Of a stretch of 64,000 nt of DNA, positions 42,198-51,632 are shown piece after piece. A program made the translations under genes and the position numbers. The stretch comes from Thermodesulfobacteriota bacterium. Its GTDB lineage: Bacteria; Desulfobacterota; Desulfobulbia; Desulfobulbales; SURF-16. The notes below the pieces were generated by a model. It made no database searches, had not been told where the DNA came from, and worked only from the letters and a program-made list of their open reading frames with translations. Each line of letters begins with the position of its first letter. Within the stretch, counting starts at the first letter, position 1. The stretch lies in assembly GCA_040755455.1 (NCBI GenBank), contig JBFMAY010000022.1:1-64000 (forward strand), read 5' to 3'.

Positions 42198-44501
42198 ATG
42201 TCGAAATCATTAATAATAGTTGAGTCGCCTGCCAAGGCGCGCACGTTGCAGAGATATCTCGGCAAGTCCTTTACGGTGAAGGCCTCGGTGGGCCATATCC
42301 GCGATTTGCCGGAAAAGACTTTGGGAGTGGATGTTGAACATGATTTTCAGCCGAAATATGTAACGATCCGCGGCAAGGCGAAAATTATTACTGAATTGCG
42401 AGGTGCGGCGCAAAAGGCTGACCAGATTTATCTGGCCCCTGACCCGGATCGTGAAGGAGAGGCTATCGCCTGGCATATCGCCACGACGATTGAGGCGGAC
42501 CAGAAGCCGGTTCGCCGCGTGCTGTTTCATGAGTTGACCAAAAAAGCCATTCTTGCGGCAATAGAAAATGCCACGGAAATTGACCAGAATAAATTCGAGG
42601 CCCAGCAGGCCCGGCGCATTCTGGACCGGCTTGTGGGCTACCAGATATCTCCTTTGCTGTGGGATAAGGTGCGGCGTGGGCTCAGCGCCGGACGTGTGCA
42701 ATCGGTGGCGGTCCGCATGGTCTGTGAACGGGAGCAGGAGATTGCCGATTTCACCTCACTCGAATACTGGTCAATAACCGCGGAATTACAGCAGGATGGT
42801 CCCCCGCCTTTTTTTGCCCAGCTGGAGCTGGTGAACGGCCAGAAACTGACGAATAAAAAAGATAATTGTATCGCGGATGAGGCTGCCGCTCAGGCGATAG
42901 TCGCCGACTTGAGAAACTGCCCGTTCATTATTGACAAGGTCAGCAAGAAGAAAACCAAGCGCAACCCGAGCCCGCCCTTTATCACCAGCAGCCTGCAGAT
43001 AGAGGCCAACAGGAAGCTGCGTTTTTCGGCAAAAAAAACCATGATGCTGGCCCAGCGGCTCTATGAGGGTATCTCCATAGGCGAAGACGGGCCCACCGGC
43101 TTGATCACCTATATGCGTACCGATTCCACGAGAATCAATGATGAGGCACTGGGACAGGTGCGCGACTATATCCGCACGGCCTATGGCGACAAGCATCTCC
43201 CGGCCAAGGCAAATATCTACAGGGCAAAAAAATCAGCCCAGGATGCCCACGAGGCAATTCGGCCCACTGATGTAGCGAAAACGCCGGAGAGCCTTGCCCC
43301 CCATCTGGAGAAGGATATGCTGGCCCTCTATACCCTGATCTGGAAACGTTTTGTCGCCAGCCAGATGGCGCCGGCCATTTATGACCAGACATCGGTGACC
43401 ATTGAGGCCGGCAGATATGGTTTCAAGGCCGTCGGCTCCATCGTGCGTTTTCTCGGTTTTATGACTCTGTATGTGGAATCTCGCGATGAGAGTCAACCCC
43501 CGCAGCCGGCGGACCAGGACCGGGATGTCATTTTGCCGGATCTGAAAGAAGGTCAAGGTGTTGAGCTGTTAAAGCTTGATCCCGGCCAGCATTTCACCCA
43601 GCCGCCGCCGCGCTATACCGAAGCCACCCTGGTGAAGGCTCTGGAAGAAAATGGCGTGGGCCGGCCCAGCACCTATGCCACTATTTTGTCCACCATCCAG
43701 GATAAGGAATATGTGAAACTCGAGCAGCGCAAGTTTTATCCGACGGATCTCGGCAAGCTGGTCAATGACCTTCTTGTCATGCATTTCCCCGCCATTATGA
43801 ATACGGAATTCACCGCCTCCATGGAGCAGAATCTTGACAGGGTTGAGGAGGGCTCCGTTAACTGGCTGCGGATCCTCCATGATTTTTATGGCCCCTTCCG
43901 GCAGGCCCTTGAGCAGGCTAAGAGTGACATGAAATCAGTCAAGCGTAGCGTTGTCCCCACGGATGTCAAATGTACGCTCTGCGGCGGCGTCATGGTAATC
44001 AAATGGGGGCGCAAGGGAGAGTTTCTGGCCTGCGAAAATTATCCCGAATGCAAAAACACCCAGGATTTTAAAAAAGATGATGAGGGCAATATTGTTCCCG
44101 TGGGAAAAGAGGAACCTCTGCCTTCCGGGGCCATATGTGAAAAATGCGGGCTGCCTTTGGTCTATAAAAATGGCCGCTTTGGCCGATTTCTTGCTTGTTC
44201 TGGTTATCCGAAGTGCAAGCATATCCCGGCGGAAAAAACCGGGGTGCAGTGCCCTGAAGCGGGATGCGGGGGGGAGCTGATTAAAAAAATCTCCAAAAAG
44301 GGAAAGGTGTTTTACAGCTGTAATCACTATCCTAAATGCAGCTTTGCCATATGGGATAAGCCGGTAAATCAACCCTGTCCGGATTGTCAGTCACCCTACC
44401 TGCTGGAGAAGGAAAATAAAAAATACGGCCTTCATGTGAAATGTCCAAACGACAAGTGTGGATATATGCAGAAATTGACTGACAAGGATGAAGGTGTATA
44501 A
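42198..44501 (+). CDS. topA: DNA topoisomerase I
   Basis: IVESPAKA, DPDREGEAI, SAGRVQS, ITYMRTDS, GRPSTYA, C-terminal C4 zinc ribbons. Confidence 0.98.
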   Translation: MSKSLIIVESPAKARTLQRYLGKSFTVKASVGHIRDLPEKTLGVDVEHDFQPKYVTIRGKAKIITELRGAAQKADQIYLAPDPDREGEAIAWHIATTIEADQKPVRRVLFHELTKKAILAAIENATEIDQNKFEAQQARRILDRLVGYQISPLLWDKVRRGLSAGRVQSVAVRMVCEREQEIADFTSLEYWSITAELQQDGPPPFFAQLELVNGQKLTNKKDNCIADEAAAQAIVADLRNCPFIIDKVSKKKTKRNPSPPFITSSLQIEANRKLRFSAKKTMMLAQRLYEGISIGEDGPTGLITYMRTDSTRINDEALGQVRDYIRTAYGDKHLPAKANIYRAKKSAQDAHEAIRPTDVAKTPESLAPHLEKDMLALYTLIWKRFVASQMAPAIYDQTSVTIEAGRYGFKAVGSIVRFLGFMTLYVESRDESQPPQPADQDRDVILPDLKEGQGVELLKLDPGQHFTQPPPRYTEATLVKALEENGVGRPSTYATILSTIQDKEYVKLEQRKFYPTDLGKLVNDLLVMHFPAIMNTEFTASMEQNLDRVEEGSVNWLRILHDFYGPFRQALEQAKSDMKSVKRSVVPTDVKCTLCGGVMVIKWGRKGEFLACENYPECKNTQDFKKDDEGNIVPVGKEEPLPSGAICEKCGLPLVYKNGRFGRFLACSGYPKCKHIPAEKTGVQCPEAGCGGELIKKISKKGKVFYSCNHYPKCSFAIWDKPVNQPCPDCQSPYLLEKENKKYGLHVKCPNDKCGYMQKLTDKDEGV

Positions 44502-44604
44502 AAAAATTGATTTCTTTGGTGCCAATGGTTAAAATATTTTAAGCAGTTTCTTTTTTTGCCTGGCGAAATTTTTTTGTTTTCGGTATAGCCGACAGGAGGC
44601 TGAC

Positions 44605-44958
44605 ATGATTTCCGCAATTCATTCATCTCTTTCCGCTCTTTCTGCTTTTGCAAAAAAACAGGAATCAATTGCCGATAATACCGCCAATGTCAATACCGAT
44701 GGCTTTAAAAAGACCCGGGTGACATTTCAGTCTGAAGTGGCCGGTGCGGTTGAACCGCAGGTCAGCAGGATTGACACGCCTGGGCCATTGTCCTACGAGC
44801 AGAGCACGGAGGGCTATGGTCTGGTGGAAAAGTCAAATGTGGAAATAGCCGAGGAGATTCCTCAGGCCATGCTCAACCGGCGATTTTACCAAGCCAATCT
44901 GAAGATGATTCAATTTTCTGACGAAATGGTGGGAAGTTTGCTTGATATTAAAAGTTGA
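44605..44958 (+). CDS. Short flagellar basal-body rod (FlgC/FlgG-like) domain protein
   Basis: ADNTANVNTDGFK N-motif, SNVEIAEE...YQANLKMI..LLDIK C-motif; AGGAGG RBS. Confidence 0.85.
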   Translation: MISAIHSSLSALSAFAKKQESIADNTANVNTDGFKKTRVTFQSEVAGAVEPQVSRIDTPGPLSYEQSTEGYGLVEKSNVEIAEEIPQAMLNRRFYQANLKMIQFSDEMVGSLLDIKS

Positions 44959-45017
44959 AAACTGTTGATGCTGGTAAATGCGGCTGATCTGCGTTCTTTG
45001 CAGTCAAGGTAAGTTTT

Positions 45018-46313
45018 TTATAGGTCCCTGAAAGTAATCCTGCCGGCGACGATCGTCAGCACCGCCTTGCCGGTCAATTCCCAGCCAAGAAAGGGGGAAT
45101 TGGCGCTTTTCGAAACAATATCCTCTTCTCGGTAAACAAAGGTTTTTCCCGGATCAATTACCGTAATATCGGCTGAATTGCCCTCTGAGAGCGATCCTCC
45201 AGCAACTCCCAGTATTCTGGCCGGCTGGACTGAAAGAAGCTCTATCATTCTGGCCGGGGTGAGGATGTTTTCCCTGACCAGGGCCAGGGTGAGGGGTACG
45301 GCTGTTTCCAGGCCGATGATGCCATTGGCCGCCTGATCAAACTCCACATCTTTTTCCATGGCGCTGTGGGGGGCATGGTCTGTGGCGATGGCGTCAATGG
45401 TGCCGTCCCGTAGTCCAACCCGGATGGCTGCCAGGTCATCTGCCGAACGAAGAGGGGGATTCATTTTGGCCCGGGTATTATAAACGCCGACCGCTTCTTC
45501 CGTTAGAGTAAAGTAATGAGGCGCGGTCTCCGCCGTGACAGGGCACCCTTTATTCTTGGCCCTGCGCACCAGATCGACTGATTCCCGTGTGCTGATATGG
45601 GCAATATGAATGGGACGGCCGACATATTCCGCCAGGGCTAGATCCCGGTATATCATGATCGCCTCGGCGACCGTGGGAATACCCCGTAATCCTAGTCTGG
45701 TCGAGAGTGCGCCTTCGTTCATCGCGCCGTTTTCGCTTAAGCTGACCTCCTCTGCATGGGAAATAACGAGCAGGTTGTGGTTGCCGCTGTATTCAAGGGC
45801 GCGGCGCATGAGCTGGCTATTGGCCACGGGCCGTCCATCGTCAGAAACGGCAACTGCTCCGGCTTTTTTCAACTCTCCATATTCAGCCAGCTCCGTTCCC
45901 TTGCTGTTCTTGCTGATGGCTCCCACGGGATAGACTCTGGCCGAGCCTTCTGCCGCGGCCTTGGCCAGAATGAGAGAGGTGACGGACTGGTTGTCATTAA
46001 TCGGGTTGGTGTTGGGCATGCATGCCACGGCCGTAAAGCCGCCGGCAGCGGCTGCCCTGGTCCCGCTGGCAATTGTTTCCTTGTATTCCTCGCCTGGCTC
46101 CCGCAAGTGCACATGCATGTCGATGAGTCCGGGAACAAGCCATTTCCCTTGCAGATCAATGGTAAGACCGTTTGCCGGACAGGAGATTGACCCGGCCTTT
46201 CCTCGCTGGCGAATCACTCCCTCCGCCAGGAGAAGGTCACCTGGCTCATCAATATTATTAACGGGGTCAATGATGCGGGCATTTTGCAAGAGTAGCGCAG
46301 GGAAGGAATTCAT
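45018..46313 (-). CDS. pyrC: Dihydroorotase
   Basis: [41 protein letters not shown]. Confidence 0.96.
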   Translation of the reverse strand: MNSFPALLLQNARIIDPVNNIDEPGDLLLAEGVIRQRGKAGSISCPANGLTIDLQGKWLVPGLIDMHVHLREPGEEYKETIASGTRAAAAGGFTAVACMPNTNPINDNQSVTSLILAKAAAEGSARVYPVGAISKNSKGTELAEYGELKKAGAVAVSDDGRPVANSQLMRRALEYSGNHNLLVISHAEEVSLSENGAMNEGALSTRLGLRGIPTVAEAIMIYRDLALAEYVGRPIHIAHISTRESVDLVRRAKNKGCPVTAETAPHYFTLTEEAVGVYNTRAKMNPPLRSADDLAAIRVGLRDGTIDAIATDHAPHSAMEKDVEFDQAANGIIGLETAVPLTLALVRENILTPARMIELLSVQPARILGVAGGSLSEGNSADITVIDPGKTFVYREEDIVSKSANSPFLGWELTGKAVLTIVAGRITFRDL

Positions 46314-47248
46314 CGGTCCTCACCTCCCATAATCAGATAGAGTAAGGCCATGCGGACCGCCACACCATTGGTGACCTGATCCATGATCACAGATTGTTCC
46401 CCATCCGCCACGTCAAAAGTCATTTCCACGCCACGATTGATGGGGCCGGGATGCATAATAATGGCATCCGGCTTTGCTGATTGCAAAAGGGTTCTGTTAA
46501 TGCCGAAAAAGGCTGCATACTCGCGCAGGGAAGGCAGGAGTGGGTCAAGCTGCCGTTCCTTCTGGATGCGCAAGGCCATGACCACGTCGGCATCGGCAAC
46601 AGCATCTTCAACCCGGTGACAGACAATTGCCCCCAGCTGTTTTATGCCGGCCGGGATCAGGGTGGCCGGACCGCTGACATGAACCTGGGCCCCCATTTTG
46701 GTAAAACCGAGAATATTGGAATGGGCGACCCTGCTGTGACTGATATCGCCGACAATTGCTATTTTCAACCCTGCAATTTTTCCTTTTTTTTCGCGGACAG
46801 TCATCATATCGAGCAGGGCCTGGCTTGGGTGCTCATGGGTCCCATCCCCGGCATTTATTACCGAAGCTTTAATATGACGCGCAAGCAGGTGCGGCGAACC
46901 TGAACTCGAGTGGCGGATAACGATGATATCGGGCTTCATCGACGTGAGGTTTTTTGCAGTGTCGATCAGGGTTTCTCCTTTCCTGGCGCTGCTGGTGGAG
47001 GCAGATATGTTAAAGGTATCGGCGCTCATGCGTTTGGCGGCAATCTCAAAGGAAAGACGGGTGCGCGTGCTTGGCTCGAAAAAAAGATGGATAACTGTCT
47101 TGCCGCGCAGCGTTGGTACTTTTTTGATAGGACGCTGCGATATCTCTTTAAAAGATTCGGCGGTGTCAAGGATAAAGCCAATGTCCCTGGCAGAAAGCTC
47201 CTCAATTCCTAAGATATGTTTATGTTGGAAACGGTATTCAAATTCCAT
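46310..47248 (-). CDS. pyrB: Aspartate carbamoyltransferase catalytic subunit
   Basis: [48 protein letters not shown]. Confidence 0.97.
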   Translation of the reverse strand: MEFEYRFQHKHILGIEELSARDIGFILDTAESFKEISQRPIKKVPTLRGKTVIHLFFEPSTRTRLSFEIAAKRMSADTFNISASTSSARKGETLIDTAKNLTSMKPDIIVIRHSSSGSPHLLARHIKASVINAGDGTHEHPSQALLDMMTVREKKGKIAGLKIAIVGDISHSRVAHSNILGFTKMGAQVHVSGPATLIPAGIKQLGAIVCHRVEDAVADADVVMALRIQKERQLDPLLPSLREYAAFFGINRTLLQSAKPDAIIMHPGPINRGVEMTFDVADGEQSVIMDQVTNGVAVRMALLYLIMGGEDR

Positions 47249-47351
47249 GAGGAGCTAAATCCGGCAGACCGAAATTGAGATTGCACAGAGGGGGAAGAAT
47301 AATACTTTGTAATGCTTATATTATTTATCATTAACCTGTAAAAAAAATTAA

Positions 47352-47969
47352 TTAGTGGATTATATCACCAATGCGACGCCATCGTACAGAAATTTTCTCC
47401 TTATTCCACGACCAATAAAGGATGAAGGCCTTGCCTTTTAAAGCGGTATAGTCAACAAAACCCCAGAACCTGCTGTCGTGGCTGTTGTCCCTGTTGTCAC
47501 CCATGACGAAAAGGGAGTGAGGGGGAACGGTGATCGGGCCGTAATTATCTCGAGGGGGATTTGGTCCGGGGAAAATATTTTGGTCCATGTGTACGGCATA
47601 TTTTACATTCAGGAGATTGCCATTGACATAAACCTTTTTGTTGCGAATTTCTATGCGGTCGCCAGGCAGACCGATAACCCTCTTGATAAAGTCCTGTGAC
47701 GGATTCTCCGGATATTTGAATACGACCACATCAAGTCTTTCAGGCGATCCCAGTGGAATCCATGTTTCTCCGGTAAAAGGATTTTTGATACCATAACTAA
47801 ATTTATTTACCAATATATGGTCACCAATGAGCAGTGTCGGAATCATTGAGCCGGAGGGGATTTTAAAGGCCTGGACAACGAAGGTTCTGATGAATAGCGC
47901 TAAAATCAGGGCGATGATTATTGCTTCCAGGTATTCGCGGATAATGGATTTTTTCTTGCTTTGCGACAA
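47352..47969 (-). CDS. lepB: Signal peptidase I
   Basis: IPSGSMIPTL, DFIKRVIGLPGD, MGDNRDNSHDSRFWG. TTG start. Confidence 0.96.
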   Translation of the reverse strand: MSQSKKKSIIREYLEAIIIALILALFIRTFVVQAFKIPSGSMIPTLLIGDHILVNKFSYGIKNPFTGETWIPLGSPERLDVVVFKYPENPSQDFIKRVIGLPGDRIEIRNKKVYVNGNLLNVKYAVHMDQNIFPGPNPPRDNYGPITVPPHSLFVMGDNRDNSHDSRFWGFVDYTALKGKAFILYWSWNKEKISVRWRRIGDIIH

Positions 47970-48415
47970 GTCCAGGCTCCCTGTTTGAAAAGATTTGGCT
48001 GTGGTAATTATTGGTAAAATTATTTAAAAAAGAAAATGGAATAAAATTTGCTTATTTTTTCATGACATGCCCACTTGCAGCAAGAAAGAAAGCCGAAGGC
48101 ATGTGGACGAAAGAGTTGTCAAGGGGTTTCGTGCTGCCTTATGAAAAAATTCTGGGTTCATTTATGAGGCACTTTAATGAAACTTCAAATCAATACCCCA
48201 TAAGGCATTAAAACACAAGAGCGTTTATATAAAAGTTCGGACTTTGGCGGGATGGCTGGTTTTGTTTGTAACGGAAGAGCGAATGAAGGTTGTTTTTGGG
48301 AAATGGGCGATAATTGCATAAAAAATAGGGGCCTTCCCCATTCTGATTGCAAATATAAAATCTAACATGCTAAAATTAAAATAAAAAATGGATTAGATTA
48401 TTCACAACCGCAGCG

Positions 48416-48463
48416 CCACTAGATATGGTGGATGGTGATTTTCTCTGCTACAAAATATGGGAT
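48416..48463. promoter_or_regulatory. Tandem NrdR-box-like sites
   Basis: CCACTAGATATGGTGG (48416) and CTACAAAATATGGGAT (48448), 32 bp apart, resemble the consensus acaCwAtATaTwGtg. Confidence 0.5.
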
Positions 48464-48555
48464 TGGTTCATTTCGTAATGAAGGTAAAAAATAAATAATA
48501 GAGGAAGATTTTTTTTAACCTGTCAAATTAGCGTGTATTTTTAACTAGTTTGCGG

Positions 48556-48585
48556 TTGACAATCTTTTCATGATGAGTGTTTAAT
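48556..48585 (+). promoter_or_regulatory. Putative sigma-70 promoter of the pil operon
   Basis: TTGACA-N18-TTTAAT about 80 bp upstream of pilM. Confidence 0.45.
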
Positions 48586-48663
48586 ATTTTTGTGGAAGTC
48601 ATCCTGTGGTTATGAAAGTGCATAGAAAAAGAATGGAATAGAAATTCATCAGGTTACCATCAT

Positions 48664-49767
48664 ATGGCTCCTCTCAACTTGCCGACCTTCAATTTTAATT
48701 TCAAAAATTTTAAGCTGCCCTTTATGCGCCAGCAGAATTTAACCATAGGGCTCGATATTGGTTCCCATGCGGTTAAGGTATGTGAGCTCGCGGAAAGCGG
48801 CCAAAGAATGAAGCTTGTGAGCCTCGGCAGTGCCCGTTTGCCTGCTAATGCTGTAGAAGATGGTGAATTAAGAGACCCGGATGCTGTGGCAGCGGTGATC
48901 AAAACTCTCATTGGTAATTTGCAGATCAAGGGGAAAAAGGTCGGCATATCCATTTCCGGCTACTCGGTGATTCTCAAGAAAATCAACCTTGCCGTCATGA
49001 ATGACAAGGAACTGGAGGAACATATTCAGTCAGAGGCGGAACAATATATTCCTTTTGACCTGGCGGATGTTTATCTTGATTATCAGGATTTGAAAACCAA
49101 TACGGAAGGTGAAGACAGGACCGACGTCATGCTGGTGGCAGCTAAAAAAGATGTTGTTGACTCATACTTACATATGCTGCGCAACGTTGGGTTGAAAACG
49201 GTTTTGGTTGATGTTGACGCCTTTGCCCTCGAGAATTCCTTTGAAACGAATTACGGGCAGGAAGGGAACGTGGTGCTGGTTGACATTGGTTCCTCCAAGA
49301 TGAATATCAATATAGTTTCAAAAGGAGCATCGCTTTTTGCCCGGGACGTCGCACTTGGCAGCAGGCAGCTCACCGAGCAGATACAGGGGAAATTTGACCT
49401 TGATTTTGAAGAGGCTGAATCCTTGAAGATCGGCGCCTTGGCACCGGCTGAAAAAAAGGAAGAGCTTGAGGAAATATTTATCAGCACCACGACCCAGTGG
49501 ATCATGGAGATCAAGAAGGCCATTGACTTTTATAACTCGAACTTCCCTGACGGTTCTTTGACCAAGCTGGTGTTGAGTGGCGGTGGGGCCAAGGTAAAAG
49601 GGCTGGATAGTTATTTCAGCGAAGAGACAGGATTGCCGGTTGAGGTTTTTAATCCTTTTGCCATGGCCGGTGTCGATGCAAACAGAATAGATCCTGATTA
49701 TTTAAGTAATATTGCGCCTGAAATGGCAATTTCCATGGGCCTGGCAAGCAGGCCCTGTCCTTTTTAG
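48664..49767 (+). CDS. pilM: Type IV pilus assembly protein PilM
   Basis: IGLDIGSHAVK, EAEQYIPF, VMLVAAKK, VDIGS, LSGGGA actin-like fold. Confidence 0.95.
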   Translation: MAPLNLPTFNFNFKNFKLPFMRQQNLTIGLDIGSHAVKVCELAESGQRMKLVSLGSARLPANAVEDGELRDPDAVAAVIKTLIGNLQIKGKKVGISISGYSVILKKINLAVMNDKELEEHIQSEAEQYIPFDLADVYLDYQDLKTNTEGEDRTDVMLVAAKKDVVDSYLHMLRNVGLKTVLVDVDAFALENSFETNYGQEGNVVLVDIGSSKMNINIVSKGASLFARDVALGSRQLTEQIQGKFDLDFEEAESLKIGALAPAEKKEELEEIFISTTTQWIMEIKKAIDFYNSNFPDGSLTKLVLSGGGAKVKGLDSYFSEETGLPVEVFNPFAMAGVDANRIDPDYLSNIAPEMAISMGLASRPCPF

Positions 49768-49809
49768 GTTTATTTTGATGCACCTTTTAAGCACAAGCGA
49801 AAGAGTGTC

Positions 49810-50394
49810 ATGATACGAATAAATTTATTGCCTGTCCGGCAAATGAAAAAGCGGTTGCGCACCAGAAATGAGGTAATCGCCTTTATGGCCTCACTGGTTG
49901 TATTGCTTGCATTGTTGGTAATGGCTTCGTTGAGTATGAACCAGAAGGTGACATCACTGCAGACCAACATTAAGGATTTAAATGCCAAAAAGGCAAAATA
50001 TAATGCGATACTTAATGAAATTAAACAGCTTGAGCAAGATAAACAAAAATTGACCGCAAAAATTGATGTCATCAAGCAACTCAAATCAACATCGCAAATC
50101 ACTGTTCGTTTACTTGATGAAATTGCCAACGCAACACCTCCGGACAGTATCTGGTTGGATAGTTTAAAACAGACCGGGGATAGTGTTGCCCTTACCGGCA
50201 TCGCTTTGGATAACACAAGGCTGGCTGATTACATGGATCGTTTAACCGCCTCCCCATATTTTCCCAGTGCTAACCTTGGGAAATCTTCATTGATAACGAT
50301 AGCGGGCCAGGACTTGAAATCATTTGCCCTGACTTTGGGGGTCAAGAAGCCTGAAAGCGACAAGGCGCAAGCTAATCAGGACGGCGCGAAATGA
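49810..50394 (+). CDS. pilN: Type IV pilus assembly protein PilN
   Basis: MIRINLLP motif, TM helix, coiled coil. Confidence 0.95.
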   Translation: MIRINLLPVRQMKKRLRTRNEVIAFMASLVVLLALLVMASLSMNQKVTSLQTNIKDLNAKKAKYNAILNEIKQLEQDKQKLTAKIDVIKQLKSTSQITVRLLDEIANATPPDSIWLDSLKQTGDSVALTGIALDNTRLADYMDRLTASPYFPSANLGKSSLITIAGQDLKSFALTLGVKKPESDKAQANQDGAK

Positions 50395-51035
50395 ATATAG
50401 ATAAAGCCAAGATCCAAGAGGCCATCAACTCATTTCTTGATGAAAAGGTTGCTCAGCTCAAGCCGCTGCACAAGGCTATGATATGTGCCGGCGCAATACT
50501 CTTGCCATGCGTTGCTTTTTATTTTTTGAGTTATTCCCCAAAAACCGTTGAAATCAAAAACTTGCAATCCCAGCAGAAAAAATTGGAAGATGAAATAACA
50601 AAGGTGGAAACGGCATCTCGCGAAATAACGAAACACCGCGCGGAAATGGCTGAAACTAAACTGATGTTTGCCAAGGCCTCTGCCTTGCTTCCGCAGCAGC
50701 AGGAAATTCCGTCACTTTTGACAAGCATCTCGGATATTGGACAAAATTCCGGTCTGGATTTTCTTTCTTTCATTCCCAAAAATGAAATAAGAAAAGAATT
50801 TTACGCCGATATTCCGGTGGATATCAAGGTAAGGGGAACGTATCATAATGTCGGTGTTTTTCTGGATAAAATCAGTGATTTGTCCAGAATTGTCACGGTT
50901 TCCAATATAAGCATGGGGGGCCCGAAGCAGCAAGCGGGAGAAATGATACTCGAGACCACATTCAGTCTTGTTACCTACCGCTTTGTTGAGCCTGCACCGC
51001 AGGCGGAAGACAAGAACAAAAGCAAGAAAAAGTAA
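50391..51035 (+). CDS. pilO: Type IV pilus assembly protein PilO
   Basis: LLPQQQEIPSLL, FYADIPV, GTYHNVGVF..RIVTV, TYRF. Confidence 0.95.
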   Translation: MNIDKAKIQEAINSFLDEKVAQLKPLHKAMICAGAILLPCVAFYFLSYSPKTVEIKNLQSQQKKLEDEITKVETASREITKHRAEMAETKLMFAKASALLPQQQEIPSLLTSISDIGQNSGLDFLSFIPKNEIRKEFYADIPVDIKVRGTYHNVGVFLDKISDLSRIVTVSNISMGGPKQQAGEMILETTFSLVTYRFVEPAPQAEDKNKSKKK

Positions 51036-51065
51036 ATTTGAAAGTCGGGGGATAAAACTCCACAA

Positions 51066-51632
51066 ATGTACACTCAAAAACGGAAGATATTTTCAGCACT
51101 CAAAAATGTATTTTTTGGTGTTGTCCTCATGTTGGCGTATTTTTTGGTGCTGGCTGAGGTACAGGCAAATGAACCTGCTGAAAATACAAATGGTTCCAGC
51201 CAGCAAGCTCAAGAAGAGTATTCTGCGAAAGTAAAAGACCTCATTCAGTTTCTGGCAGGGGGATCAGATTCTTTTAATTATAATCGAGTGGGGCGTCCAG
51301 ACCCGTTTATGCCGTTCATAAAGGAAACGGTTGTCACCTCTGGCCTGGAAGTCCCTGAGCAGGAACTCGTGGGGATGCAGAAATTTGAACCGGGCCAGCT
51401 CACTCTTGTAGCCATTGTCATTACCGAGAATGGCCCGCTGGCCATGGTGGAGGATTCCGTTGGCAGAGGATATGTAATTAGGAACGGAACCGAGATTGGC
51501 AGAACTGGAATTGTCGACAGTATTGCCGATAACATAGTTGTTATCAAGCAGTGGTATAAAACCACTGCAGGTGAGGAGCGCTATAAATCTGTGGAAATGC
51601 TTCTAAAGAAAGAGGGGGAAAAGCAACAATGA
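51066..51632 (+). CDS. pilP: Type IV pilus assembly protein PilP-like
   Basis: RPDPFMP, QLTLVAIV, AMVEDSVGRGYVIRNGTEIG. No obvious lipobox Cys. Confidence 0.85.
   Translation: MYTQKRKIFSALKNVFFGVVLMLAYFLVLAEVQANEPAENTNGSSQQAQEEYSAKVKDLIQFLAGGSDSFNYNRVGRPDPFMPFIKETVVTSGLEVPEQELVGMQKFEPGQLTLVAIVITENGPLAMVEDSVGRGYVIRNGTEIGRTGIVDSIADNIVVIKQWYKTTAGEERYKSVEMLLKKEGEKQQ

Noticed and set aside
48304..48318. Sigma-54 promoter for the pil genes (TGGGCGATAATTGCA)
   Set aside because: GG-to-GC spacing is 9 rather than the required 10.
47970..48663. Replication origin in the long AT-rich intergenic region
   Set aside because: Only one good DnaA-box-like 9-mer, no box cluster and no dnaA/dnaN/gidA context.
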